64,000 nucleotides of DNA from Scyliorhinus canicula (taxonomy: Eukaryota). The notes below the pieces were generated by a model that was given only the letters and a program-made list of their open reading frames with translations, ran no database searches and was not told where the DNA came from. Below are positions 37,115 to 48,969 of the stretch, in pieces (position 1 is the first letter of the stretch; every line of letters begins with the position of its first letter). The position numbers were made by a program, and so were the translations under genes. The DNA is taken from assembly GCF_902713615.1 (NCBI RefSeq), contig NC_052172.1:12938185-13002184 (forward strand). Direction: 5' to 3'.

Positions 37115-37650
37115 TGAACATACAGTGCAGAAGGAGACCATTCGGCCCATCGAGTCTGCACCGACCCACTCAAGCCCTCACTTCCATCTTGTCCCCATAA
37201 CCCAATAACCCATCACAACGAGGACAATTTATCATAGAACATAGAACGGTACAGCACAGAACAGGCCCTTCGGCCCTCAATGTTGTGCCGAGCCATGATC
37301 ACCCTACTCAACCCACGTATCCACTCCACACCCGTAACCCAACAACCCCCCCTTAACCTTACTTTTATTAGGACACTATGGGCAATTTATCATGGCCAAT
37401 CCACCTAACCCGCACATCTTTGGACTGTGGGAGGAAACCGGAGCACCCGGAGGAAACCCACGCACACACGGGGAGGACGTGCAGACTCCACACAGACAGT
37501 GACCCAGCCGGGAATCGAACCTGGGACCCTGGCGCTGTGAAGCATTTATGCTAACCACCATGCTACCCTGCTGCCCCTGTTACCCTGCTGCCCCATGGCC
37601 AATGGGACCCTGGAGCTGTGAAGCCACAGTGCTAACCACTGTGCTACCCT
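37115..37650 (-). mobile_element. V-SINE (tail A) nested in an older V-SINE (tail B)
   Basis: The host motif AATTTATCAT|GGCCAAT is split by a full copy at ~37233-37595. Confidence 0.85.
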
Positions 37651-37816
37651 GGCTTCTTTTGTCCTTTGTTTTAAAAATTGTTACAATGTTTGCGTGAAAG
37701 GGTATGGATCGAGGTGTAAACTCTGTCCCTCAGACGCTACCTGAACCTGCTGAGGATTTCTGGCATTTTCTGTTTTGGTTGCTGATGGAAGCTTTTTTTG
37801 TATTTGTTTTGCTCAG

Positions 37817-38633
37817 GTTCCCATTTGGTAAAGGAGTGAAGCGGAAACGGCATGAAGATGATGGTGGCGGGCAGCCTGCGGTGCAGTGTGCATCGCAAAC
37901 CTTTCACTGCGGCACGCTGCTTGATCTCTCATTGTTTAAACTGCACCAGAACTGTGTGCTGGCTGAACGCAACCTACACCGCTCGGTGCTGATCGCCAAT
38001 ACCCTGCGCAGGCTGCAAGCGGAGATCCACCTGGACCGAGGCCGCAGCGAAATGCCCACCGGCCGTTTGGCGCCAGCACAGCCGCCCGGGCCACCTGCCA
38101 GTGGTGCCAACCAGGTGGGGCCTGTCTCAAAGCCGGCAGGAGGGGCCTTCACTGACCTGAACAATAACCGCGCTGGGGTAACGAAGCCAACCCTCACCGA
38201 GGCGCCCTTCTGCCTCCTCTCGGGGAATGACAGCTCGCTCTCCTCCGCCATCTCCACCATTCTCCAGGACCTGGATTTTGTGGAGGACCTGAGTCCACCA
38301 CCCGTCCAGCTTTCCCCCGAAGATGACCATGACCACCTCTTGCCTCTGAAGCCGGCGAGCCTGGACCCCCGAGCGGAGCCAAGGTCCCCCGACTCCATCT
38401 TCGCAGCCTTCGAAATCGCCGACTCCAATGACTTTCTCATCGACGGCTCCCTTGATGCAATCTTCGAGGACATTGACACCTCCATGTATGACATCCAGCA
38501 GGGTTGCCCAGCCGGGACCTGCCCCACCAGCCAGCCCCTCAAAACTACCCGAAGCTCCTCTTCAATAATGCCCCACAACAGCCGGACAGACTTCACTGAG
38601 CTGGAGAACCTGATGGATCTCCTCGTCGGCTGA
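37817..38633 (+). CDS. SERTAD1: SERTA domain-containing transcriptional co-regulator (TRIP-Br family), main coding exon; 276 aa when spliced to exon A
   Basis: GKGVKRKR N-terminal motif, SERTA domain LLDLSLFKL...SVLIANTLRRLQ, SSAISTILQDL, C-terminal FEDIDTSMYD and ELENLMDLLVG*. Acceptor TTTGTTTTGCTCAG at 37816. Family assignment is secure; paralogue assignment is moderate. Confidence 0.9.
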
Positions 38634-39191
38634 CGATTTATGCAGGGGGCTTTATTCCCTTTTGTGGACTTTGAAACATTAACTGGTGTTTCTCAAAACT
38701 TGCAAGACTTGCACAAGAACTCTCTAGGCTGCTGTTCCACCCTCTTTCTATCTCTCCCTCTCTATCTCCCCCTCTCTGCAGAGTCCCCACTTTAAATCCA
38801 CTGGGATTAAGCTTTCCCCCCTGAGGATAAGGTGGCATCTGGCGTCTGCTGGCAGATTTGCGCCTGGAATGTGCCTCTGGGAACTAGATTTGTACATAAG
38901 GGGTTATGCCGATTGGAGTAGATGATGTTGGGTGGGAGGAGGTTCGTGTGGGACATCAAACACTGTCATGGCCTGTCTCTGTGCTGTGCTGTGTTGCCCT
39001 GAAGGGTTGGTCCTCTATGCCTGATGTGTAGGTGCTCCCAGTGAATAGGACGTTTCTCTGAGCTGATTACTTGGTAATCAGGTACACACAACTCAAGAAG
39101 GGAACTAACCACCACCTTCTCGAAGGCAATTCGGGATGGGTAACAGCTTAAGGCACCCACATCCCAGGAAAGGATTAAAAAGTTCCAGTCC

Positions 39192-39413
39192 GGGGCAGCA
39201 CGGTGGCGCAGTGGATAGCACTGCTGCCTCGCGTCGCCGAGGTTCAATCCCGGCTCTGGGTCACTGTCCGTGTGCAGTTTGCACATTCTCCCCGTGTTTG
39301 CGTGGGTTTCGCCCCCACAATCCAAAGATGCGCAGGCTAAGTGGATTGGCCACGCTAAACTGTCCCTTAATTGGGAAAAAATGAATTGGGTACTGTAAAT
39401 TTTTTTTTTTAAA
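39192..39413 (+). mobile_element. Short V-SINE variant in the 3' UTR
   Basis: TSD AGTTC(C/T)AGTCC, with TTAAAA immediately before the left copy. Confidence 0.85.
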
Positions 39414-39533
39414 GAGTTCTAGTCCCCATGTTTCTAATGCCCAATATCCTCTCTTGAGCCCTTCTAAAGGCTCTGGATAATTCTGGGATGACAGCTCAAG
39501 CAAAGGGGGTGCTGATTTATCTCCCACTGCACA

Positions 39534-39992
39534 GTCTGGGATATTCGGGCAGATTGGGATATTCGGGCAGATTGTCTGGGGCATTCGGGCTGATTGTCTG
39601 GGGCAGTCGGGCAGATTGTCTGGGGCAGTCGGGCAGATTGTCTGGGGCAGTCGGGCAGATTGTCTGGGGCAGTCGGGCAGACTGCCTGGGGCAGCCGGGC
39701 AGACTGCCTGGGGCAGCCGGGCAGATTGCCTGGGGCAGCCGGGCTGATTGCCTGGGGCAGCCGGGCAGACTGCCTGGGGCAGCCGGGCAGACTGCCTGGG
39801 GCAGCCGGGCAGACTGCCTGGGGCAGCCGGGCAGACTGCCTGGGGCAGCCGGGCAGACTGCCTGGGGCAGCCGGGCAGACTGCCTGGGGCAGCCGGGCAG
39901 ACTGCCTGGGGCAGCCGGGCAGACTGCCTGGGGCAGCCGGGCAGACTGCCTGGGGCAGCCGGGCAGACTGCCTGGGGCAGCCGGGCAGATTG
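39534..39992. repeat. 22-bp GC-rich minisatellite (CTGCCTGGGGCAGCCGGGCAGA)n, about 20 copies
   Basis: Read directly; variants are polarised from 5' to 3'. Confidence 0.97.
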
Positions 39993-40289
39993 CAAGTCCT
40001 CCTGTTCCCAAGCTCAGCCCAGGGTTCACAGTGGCCACTCGTTCTGAGAGAATCTCATGCCCAGTTTCTGTATGTATGTTAATATTCAGATGTGTATGTA
40101 TATGTAATATATATGTATATATAGATTTTTTTTTTGTCCTCCTGCATGCCCAAGATACTCCTGGACGGTAACATATAACTTGGTAAACATTAACTCATAG
40201 GCTTTGGTGCAGATGCTAAGTCATTTGACTTGTTTATTTCTCAAGTCTTTTTTTTCTCCAAAAGGTGCTTCTCTCCCAGGGATACAAGT

Positions 40290-41740
40290 TCCACAGTCCC
40301 TGACTCCCCCTGGGGTACGGTTTCCACAGGCCCTGACTCCCCCTGGGGTACGGTTTCCACAGGCCCTGACTCCCCCTGGGGTACGGTTTCCACAGGCCCT
40401 GACTCTCCCTGGGGTATGGTTTCCACAGGCCCGACTCCCCCTGGGGCACAGTTTCCATAGGCCCTGACTCCCCCTGGGGTATGGTTTCCACAGGCCCTGA
40501 CTCCCCCTGGGGTACGGTTTCCACAGGCCCTGACTCTCCCTGGGGTACGGTTTCCACAGGCCCTGACTCTCCCTGGGGTATGGTTTCCACAGGCCCTGAC
40601 TCCCCCTGGGGTACAGTTTCCATAGGCCCTGACTCTCCCTGGGGTATGGTTTCCACAGGCCCTGACTCTCCCTGGGGTATGGTTTCCATAGGTCCCGACT
40701 TGCCCTGGGGTACAGTTTCCATAGGCCCTGACTCCCCCTGGGGTACGGTTTCCACAGGCCCTGACTCCCCCTGGGGTACAGTTTCCACAGGCCCTGACTC
40801 CCCCTGGGGTATGGTTTCCACAGGCCCTGACTCCCCCTGGGGTACAGTTTCCATAGGCCCTGACTCCCCCTGGGGTACAGTTTCCATAGGCCCTGACTCC
40901 CCCTGGGGTACAGTTTCCATAGGCCCTGACTCCCCCTGGGGTACAGTTTCCATAGGCCCTGACTCCCCCTGGGGTACGGTTTCCACAGGCCCTGACTCCC
41001 CCTGGGGTATGGTTTCCACAGGCCCTGACTCCCCCTGGGGTATGGTTTCCACAGGCCCTGACTCCCCCTGGGGTATGGTTTCCACAGGCCCCGACTCCCC
41101 CTGGGGTACGGTTTCCACAGGCCCCGACTCCCCCTGGGGTACAGTTTCCATAGGCCCTGACTCCCCCTGGGGTATGGTTTCCACAGGCCCTGACTCCCCC
41201 TGGGGTATAGTTTCCACAGGCCCTGACTCCCCCTGGGGTATGGTTTCCACAGGCCCCGACTCCCCCTGGGGTACAGTTTCCATAGGCCCTGACTCCCCCT
41301 GGGGTACGGTTTCCACAGGCCCTGACTCTCCCTGGGGTATGGTTTCCACAGGCCTTGACCTCTCTCTGGAGATGGGTTTCCACAGGCCCTGACCTCTCTC
41401 TGGAGATGGGTTTCCACAGGCCCTGACCTCTCTCTGGAGTTGGGTTTACACGGGCCCTGATCTCTCTCTGGTGTAGGGTTTCCACGGGCCCTGACCTCTC
41501 TCTCTCTGGAATTGGGTTTACACGGGCCCTGACCTCCCTCTGGAGTTGGGTTTACACGGGCCCTGACCTCCCTCTAGGGTTCGGTTTCCACAGGCCCTGA
41601 TCTCCATCGGGGTATGGTTTCCACAGGTCCTGATCTCACTCTGGGGTATAGTTTCCACAGGCCCGGACTCTCTCCCTGGAGTATGGTTTTCACGGGCCTG
41701 ATCTCTCCCAAGAGGTTCCGCAGGCCCCGAATCCTTCCCC
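40290..41740. repeat. 33-bp minisatellite (CCCTGACTCCCCCTGGGGTAYRGTTTCCAYAGG)n, about 40 copies including a degenerate 3' part
   Basis: Read directly. Confidence 0.97.
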
Positions 41741-42621
41741 TTGGGTACGGGATACAAAGGCCCCGACTCTTTTTTCCGTATTTCTTTTATACCCATCGGG
41801 GCTGTGCCCAGTCGCTGCTGTCTGTGTTTGACTGTGACAGCTCTAATTTTTCAATGCAGTAACTTTTTAATGTAAAGCGGACATTCACCATGCCATTTCC
41901 ATGATGGATGGGATAGGTGCAGACTGTCCTGGCACACACTGCGGGCAGAGTGTGACAGCTTTGACGCTTGTGACCAAGAGAGATCCACTCCTATTTATTT
42001 ATTGAGCAGCCAGGCAAGATCTTGGGGGCTCGATCGAGGGGTTGTAAAGGAACAGGTTACTTGAGACTGAGGACAGGCACCAAAGGATTGTGGAGGAACT
42101 TTGGGGTCAGTTCGTACGTGGTTTATTCAAGCCCTGACTTCTTCCATGCCTGTTTTTTGGTCATCATTAACAAAATAATTAAATGACGTTGTGCCGCTTT
42201 TGAGCTTAACAGAATTAATTTAAGAACAATAAACTTTTTTTTCTTATGACGTTTCATGTGCTGTCTCTTTGGCTTCTGGTCAGTCATTGAGTGTGGCAGT
42301 GGGTTCTTTGAACGTGCCCACAGTTCAATGGTTCACACAGCAAACTTGAGATTGGATATACTCCGGTTAGTTTATTCGTACACACTCAAAAGGCTGGGGG
42401 TGGGGATAGAGAGAAAGAAAGATTTAGAGGACAAAGACCACAGGGAAAGAAAGATTTACACGCGGAATCCAAGTCCCATGGTCGGAGGGTTGAAATATTC
42501 ACTTTTGCTGTAGAGTTGACTTCCACGATGAGACAGACAGACGGAGAACAATCATTCTTGTAGGCAGCTGATACAAACACTCCAGTCAAAATAGTGTCGT
42601 TGGGGGGCCAGGCATTCAAAC

Positions 42622-43130
42622 CATAGAATCCTTACAGTGCCGAAAGAAGCCATTCGGCCCATCAAGTCTGCACCAACTTTCCGAAGGGGCACCCTACCTA
42701 GACCCCCTCCCTTTCCCTATTCCTGTAATCCCACTTAGCCTGCACATCTTTGGACATTACGAGACAATTTAGCATAGCTAATCCACCCTAACCCGCACAT
42801 CTTTGGACTGTGGGAGGAAACCGGAGCACCCGGAGGAAACCCACGCAGACACGGGGAGAACGTGCAGACCCCGCGCGTTTACACAAGGTCAGAATCGAAC
42901 CCGGGCCCCTGAAATGAAATGAAATGAAAATCGCTTATTGTCACGAGTAGGCTTCAATGAAGTTACTGTGAAAAGTCCCTAGTCGCCACATTCCGGCGCC
43001 TGTCCGGGGAGGCTGGTACGGGAATCGAACCGTGCTGCTGGCCTGCTTGGTCTGCTTTAAAAGCCAGCGATTTAGCCTTGTGAGCTAAACCAGCCCCTGG
43101 TGGCGTGAGGCAGCAGTACTAACCACTGTG
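42622..43130 (-). mobile_element. V-SINE containing a short tRNA(Ile-like) SINE (42911-43097)
   Basis: The V-SINE head is split at CCCTG by the short SINE. Confidence 0.88.
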
Positions 43131-43739
43131 GCTAGCAGTCAGGAGTCTGAGTGCTGATCCTCCTTGGCGATGGTGGCAAGGCGTCCAAGAGTACGGGTAG
43201 TCCCGGGATAATGTGGAGCTCACACTTGGGAGTCTGAGGTAGGAGGCAGTCCGGGGTGCAGTGGGCACACTGCAGGAGGAATCATTGTGTGTTCTCCAGC
43301 TGCAGGGTGGGACAAGGGCAAAAAGCAGAGTGTCGGCCTGTCGCACAGTCACTGTCCTTGGGCTTGGCTACCTCTGTACTGGGCTGCAGATGGAATGTGA
43401 TGGTAACTGGAGGCGCCTGTAGCTTGGAAACATAATAAACAGAGGATGTGTGAAGCTCTCCTGGAAGCTCGGCTTGGTTGGTGAGCATTCTAGATGGGGT
43501 GGGTACAGGTCCACATGGGGCTTGGATACGTCACAAGTGATGGGCTCGGGGGGGGGGGGGGGGGGGGGGGGGGGCTACGACTGCCAGCTGATGTCTCCAA
43601 CAGCACTGTAAAGGGATACTCCAGAATCACAATCGCTACATCTCAGGAGTGAAGCGGGTACAGCTACATCACTTATGGCATTCCAACAATGAAGGCCCAT
43701 CGCATGTTCACCAGAATTGCCATTCATTTTGCCATTTTG

Positions 43740-46700
43740 CTCACATGCTGAGAGTTGAGGTAAGAGTGGGAGTTTAGGGAAGTGGGAGAGCGGAGATTTA
43801 AAAAGAGCGGGAGCTGTGAGGGACACCTGTGCAGTGGGTTGAGTTTGAAAAACAATCCAGGAGTAGCGTCGCAGGGAGTGGGTAAGTTCATTGGCTGGTA
43901 AGTAACTGCTAATTTGCATGACCTAAATTGCTTTCAGATTAGAGGTAAAAAGAGAAAAATGTTCCACGTTAGAAAGACTAAATCCAGCTGGAAATTTAAA
44001 ATAAAACAAAAATACAAATTAAATAAAATTGAGATGCAGGGCCAAGTGATGTGTTTTACCTGCATGATGTGGGAGCTGGTGGACCCCCATCTTGGTTCCT
44101 GGTGAACACGTCTGTATCAAATGTTGGTTGCTTGAAGAACTCCGGCTCAAAGTTGATGAGCTGGAGTCCGCGTTTCGGACACTGCGGCACATCAGGGAAG
44201 GGGGGACCCGGATGCTGTGATTCAGGAGGGAGTCGCAGCCTTTTACATCAGGAGGGAGTCGCAGGAGGAATTAACTACCTTGAATTTGGTCAGGGGCAGG
44301 AGGGTGTGACTATGAGTGAGGTAGGTAGGGGGATCCAGGAGGTAGGGTTGCAGGACCTCAGCCCTTGTCCCTGCCCAAGATTTGAGATCATTGCTCTCTG
44401 TGTGGACGAGAGTGGGGACTGTTGGGGGGATGAGCCAACTGACCACAGCACCGTGGTATGGGGAGCCTTCAAGTGTAGTCGGAATCGGGGATAGTATAGT
44501 TAGGGGCATTGACACTGTTCTCTGTGACCAGGATTGAGAACCCTGAAGGTTGCGTTGCAGCCCAGTACAGAGGTAGCCAAGGTTCTCAGGTTCAGGGTAT
44601 CTCATCTGGGCTGCAAATGAACTTGGAGTGAGAGGGTAAAGATCCAGGTGTCGTGGTCCACGTAGGTACCAATAGGTAGAACAAGGACAGAGGTTCTGCT
44701 GAAGGAATATGAGAAACTAGGAGCTAGATTAAAAAAGCAGAACCAAGGAGGTAATAATCTCTGGAATACTACCTGAGCCGCAAGCGAATTGGCACAGGGT
44801 CAATAAGATTAAAGAGGTGAATGTGTGGCTCGAAGGTTGGCGTGGGAGAAATGGGTTTGAATTCATGGGACATTGGCACCAGTCCTGGGGAGAGGGAACC
44901 TGTTCCGATGGGAAGGTCTTCATCCGAATCATGCTGGGTAACAAAGTCCTATGTAATCGGGTAACTAGGGCTGTAGATAGGGCTTTAAACTAAATAGTGG
45001 GGGAAGGGTTCAGTTGTATGGAGAATTAGAAAATCAGAGTTAAAGGAGAAGGTAGAAGTGCAGGTTAATAATGAGGACTTTAAACTAGTCAAAGGGTCCG
45101 AAGGTGCAAGAGAGGTCAGTAAAGTTTCCAGAACAAGTCATAGAACACAGGGTATGGAAAGCGGCAGGAATCTAACTTCAGGTACAGCAGATAAGGGGAC
45201 CACTATGAGGAGAGGGACGGTCAACGCAGGACTAAGGGTCTTGTACCTAAATGCGCGCAGTATACGGAACAAGGTAAATGAGCTTGTTGCGCATACTGAA
45301 ATTGGCTGGTACGATGTTGTGGGCATCACAGAGACGTGGCTGCAAGGGGATCTAAATATCCAAGGATATGTGTCCTATCGAAAGGACAGGCAGATGGGCA
45401 AAGAGGGTGTAACCCTGTTGGTAAGGAATAAAGTTAAATCGATAGCAAGAAGTGATTATAAGGTCTGAAGGCACAGAATCTCTGTGGGTAGAGTTGAGGA
45501 ATCGCAAAGGAAAAAAGATCCTGGTGGGAAATATGTACAGGCTCCCTAGCAGTAGTCAGGATGTGGGACAAAAAATAAATCAGGAGATAGAAAAGGCATT
45601 TAAGAAAGGCGATATTACAATAATCATGGGGGACTTCAATATGCAGGTGGACTGGGAAAATCAGGTTGGTAGCGGATCCCAAGAAAATAAATTTGTGGAG
45701 TGTTTATGAGATGTTTTTTCTGGAGCTGCTTATGACAGAGCCGAGTAGGGAACAGGCAATTCTGGATTTGGTGATGTGTAATGAGGCAGACTTGATTAGG
45801 GAACTTAAAGTGAAGGAACCCTTAGGGAGCAGTGATCACAATATGATAGAATTCACCCTGCAGTTTGAGAGGGGGAAACTGGAATAAGATGTAACGGTAT
45901 TACAATTAAATAAGGGTAACTACAAAGACATGAGGGAGGGTCTGGCTAGAGTTGATTGGAGGGAGCATACAATGTGGTGAGGATGAGAGGGAAGCCAGAG
46001 GATTGGGAAGCCTTTGAAAGCAAGCATAGGATAAGTAAAAAAGCAATAAAGAGAAGATGAAATGTGAGTATAAACTAGCTAGCAATATAAAAGAAGATTG
46101 CAAGATTTTTTTCAATATATAAAAGGCTAGAGAGAAGCAAGAATGGACAATTGGACCACTGGAAAATGAGGCTGAGAAGTAGTAATGGGGAACAAGGAAT
46201 TGGCAGAGGAGCTGAATAAATTCTTGTCATCAGTCTTCACAGTGGAAGACACCAATGGCATGCCAGAACTTTAAGAGAGTTAGGGGCCAGAGGTGAGTGT
46301 AGTGGCCATCACTAAGGAGAAGGTGCTGTGGAAGCTGGAAGGTGCGAAGGTGATAAATCACTTGGGCCGGATAGATTAGACCCCAGGGTTCCGAAGGAGA
46401 TAGCTGAGGGGATTGTGGAGTTATTGGTGGTGATCTTTCAGGAAGCACTAATCAGGGAGTGTCCCAGAGGACCAGAAAATGGCTAATGTAACACCGCTGT
46501 TTAAGAAGGGAAGGAGGCAGGTGAAGGGAAATTATCGGCGAATTAGCCTGACTTCTACCATTGGTCCATTATTAAAAATGAGATTGTGGAGTACTTGAAA
46601 GTGCACGATAAAATAGGAATGAATCAGCACGGCTTCGTCAAGGGGATGTCACGTCCGACAAATCTGTTAGAATTGTTTGAAGATATCACGAGAAAGTTAG

Positions 46701-48197
46701 ACAAAGGAGAGCCAGTGGACGTGATCTATTTGAATTTCCAGAAGGCCTTTGGACAAGGTGCCGTACAGGAGGCTGCTAAATAAGATAAGAGCCCATGGTG
46801 TTAGGGGCAAGGTACTGGCACGGATAGAGGATTGGCTGACTGGCAGAAAGCGGGGAGTGGGGATAAAGGGGTCTTTTTCAGGATCATAGATCATAGAATT
46901 TACAGTGCAGAAGGAGGCCATTCAGCCCATCGAGTCTGCATCGGCTCTTGGAAAGAGAACCCTACCCAAGGTCAACACCTCCACCCTATCCCCATAACCC
47001 AGTAACCCCACCCAACACTAAGGGCAATTTTGGACACTAAGGGCAATTTATCATGGCCAATCCACCTAACCTGCACATCTTTGGACTGTGGGAGGAAACT
47101 GGAGCACCCGGAGGAAACCCACACACACACTGGGAGGATGTGCAGACTCCGCACAGACAGTGACCCAAGCCGGAATCGAACCTAGGACCCTGGAGCTGTG
47201 AAGCAATTGTGCTATCCACAATGCTACCGTGCTGCCCTATGGCAGCAGGTGACTAGTGGTTTCCTGCAGAGATCAGTTTGCGACCACAACTTTTCACAAT
47301 ATACATTAACAATCTGGAAGAAGGAACTGAGGGCATCGTTGCTAAGTTTGCAAAGATATGTAGAGGGACAGGTAGTTTTGAGGAAGTGTTGAGGGTGCAG
47401 AAGGACTTGGACAGGCTAGGAGAGTGGGCTAGGAAGTGGCAGATGGAATACCATGTGGAAAAGTGTGAGGCTATGCTGTTTGGGGGGAAGAATAGAGGCA
47501 TAAACTATTTTCTAAATGGGGAAAGGCTTCGGAAATCTGAAGCATAAAAGGACTTGGGAGTCCTCGTTCAGGATTCTCCTAAGGTTAAAATTCAATGTTA
47601 GTATTCATTTCGAGAGGGCTAGAATACAAGAGTAGGAATGTATTGCTGAGGCTATATAAGGCTCTGGTCAGACTACGTTTGGAGTATTGTGAACAGTTTT
47701 GGGCCCTGTATCTAAGGAAGGATGTGCTGGGCCTTGGAAAGGGTCTGGAGGAGGTTGACAAGAATGATCCCTGGAATGAACAGCTTGTCGTATAAGGAAT
47801 GGTTGAGGACTCTGGGTGTGTACTCGATAGGAGTTTAGAAGGATGAGGAGGGAATCTCATTGTAACTTGAAGAATACTGAGAGGCCTAGATAGAGTGGAT
47901 GTGAAGAAGATGTTTCCACTGGTAGGAGAGGCTAGAACCCAAGGGCACGGCCTAAGGCTGAAGGGATGATCCTTTAAAACTGGGATGAGGAGGAATTTCT
48001 TCAGCCAGAGGGTGGTGAATCTGTGGAACTCATTGCCCCAGGAGGCTGTGGAGACCAAGTCACTGAGTGTCTTTAAGACAGAGATAGATAGGTTCTTGTT
48101 AATAAGGGGATTCGGGGTTATGGGGAGAAGGCAGGAGAATGGAGATGAGAAACATATCAGCCATGATCGAATGGCGGAGCAGACCCAATGGGCCTAA
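43740..48197 (+). mobile_element. Near full-length decayed CR1 LINE (ORF1 zinc finger/esterase, ORF2 EN-RT), interrupted by a V-SINE (46884-47237, -)
   Basis: ORF1 CFTCMMWE and VVVHVGTN; ORF2 LYLNARSIRNK, GITETW, MGDFN, GSSDH, QHGFVKG, FQKAF, RRNFFSQRVVNLWN. Confidence 0.93.
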
Positions 48198-48371
48198 TTC
48201 ACACCTTACCAGCCCCCTCAGGGCTCCAGATGTTACAAATCTGGGATTCCATCTTGGTCACTCCAGTGTGTGTGCTGGCATCTCAGAGACAAGGCTGCAT
48301 TAGCCACCGTGCAAGCAGGGCAGGAAAAACTATAAACCCTTAAAGCTATCATAGGTTTGATACTCTGAACA

Positions 48372-48922
48372 CGTGTGTGCGTGGGTTTCCTCCGGGTGCT
48401 CCGGTTTCCTCCCACAGTCCAAAGATGTGAAGGTTGGGTGGATTGGCCATGATAAATTGCCCTTAGTGTCCAAAATTCTATGATTAAACTAGGACAAAAG
48501 TTTGGCACAACATCGTGGGCCGAAGGGCCTGTTCTGTGCTGTATTTCTCTAAATCTAAATCTAAATCTTCATTCTGTTGAATCTTCAATCATTAATGTCT
48601 TCAATGTTCGGGCGGCATGGTGGTGCCCTGCTGCCTCACGGCGCTGAGGTCCCAGGTTCGATCCCAGCCCTGGGTCACTGTCCGTGTGGAGTTTGCACAT
48701 TCTCCGTGTGTCTTTTTTCAAAAATTAATTGACAGTGCCCAATTTTGTTTTCCCAATTAAGGGGCAATTTAGCATAGGCAATCCACCTAACCTGCACATC
48801 TTTGTGTTGTGGGGGTGAGACCTATGCAGACACGGGGAGAATGTGCAAACTCCACACAGATGGTCCACCGTGCCTGCCCGTTAATTTGGAAAAAAAATAA
48901 TTGGCTACTCTGAATTTAAATA
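48372..48922. mobile_element. V-SINE cluster, including a short variant with 11-bp TSD and an inverted nested copy
   Basis: TSD AATGTCTTCAA at 48594-48604 and 48923-48933. Confidence 0.85.
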
Positions 48923-48969
48923 AATGTCTTCAAGGTTTCATTTCAGAGAGAAGGGAAAAGCGCAAAGAG

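Larger units (their letters stand above)
38634..42255 (+). other. SERTAD 3' UTR with poly(A) signal
   Basis: AU-rich TATTTATTTAT near 41992, AATAAA at 42228-42233, then a U/GU-rich downstream element. Confidence 0.6.

Noticed and set aside
37704-37816. N-terminal 38 aa of the 309-aa ORF as the real SERTAD start, with an apparent hydrophobic segment
   Set aside because: It consists of a Penelope-derived remnant plus the polypyrimidine tract of the acceptor at 37816. The spliced start at 32867 fits better.
37904-38596. 230-aa antisense ORF
   Set aside because: Shadow of the GC-rich SERTAD coding exon.
39261-40171. Repetitive ORFs, or a CRISPR-like array
   Set aside because: A head-to-tail 22-bp minisatellite with no unique spacers, in a eukaryotic context with no cas genes.
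40221-41485. 300-414-aa repetitive ORFs (PQGESGPVETV), superficially collagen- or mucin-like
   Set aside because: A 33-bp tandem repeat open in several frames at once, with no Gly-X-Y period and no signal peptide.
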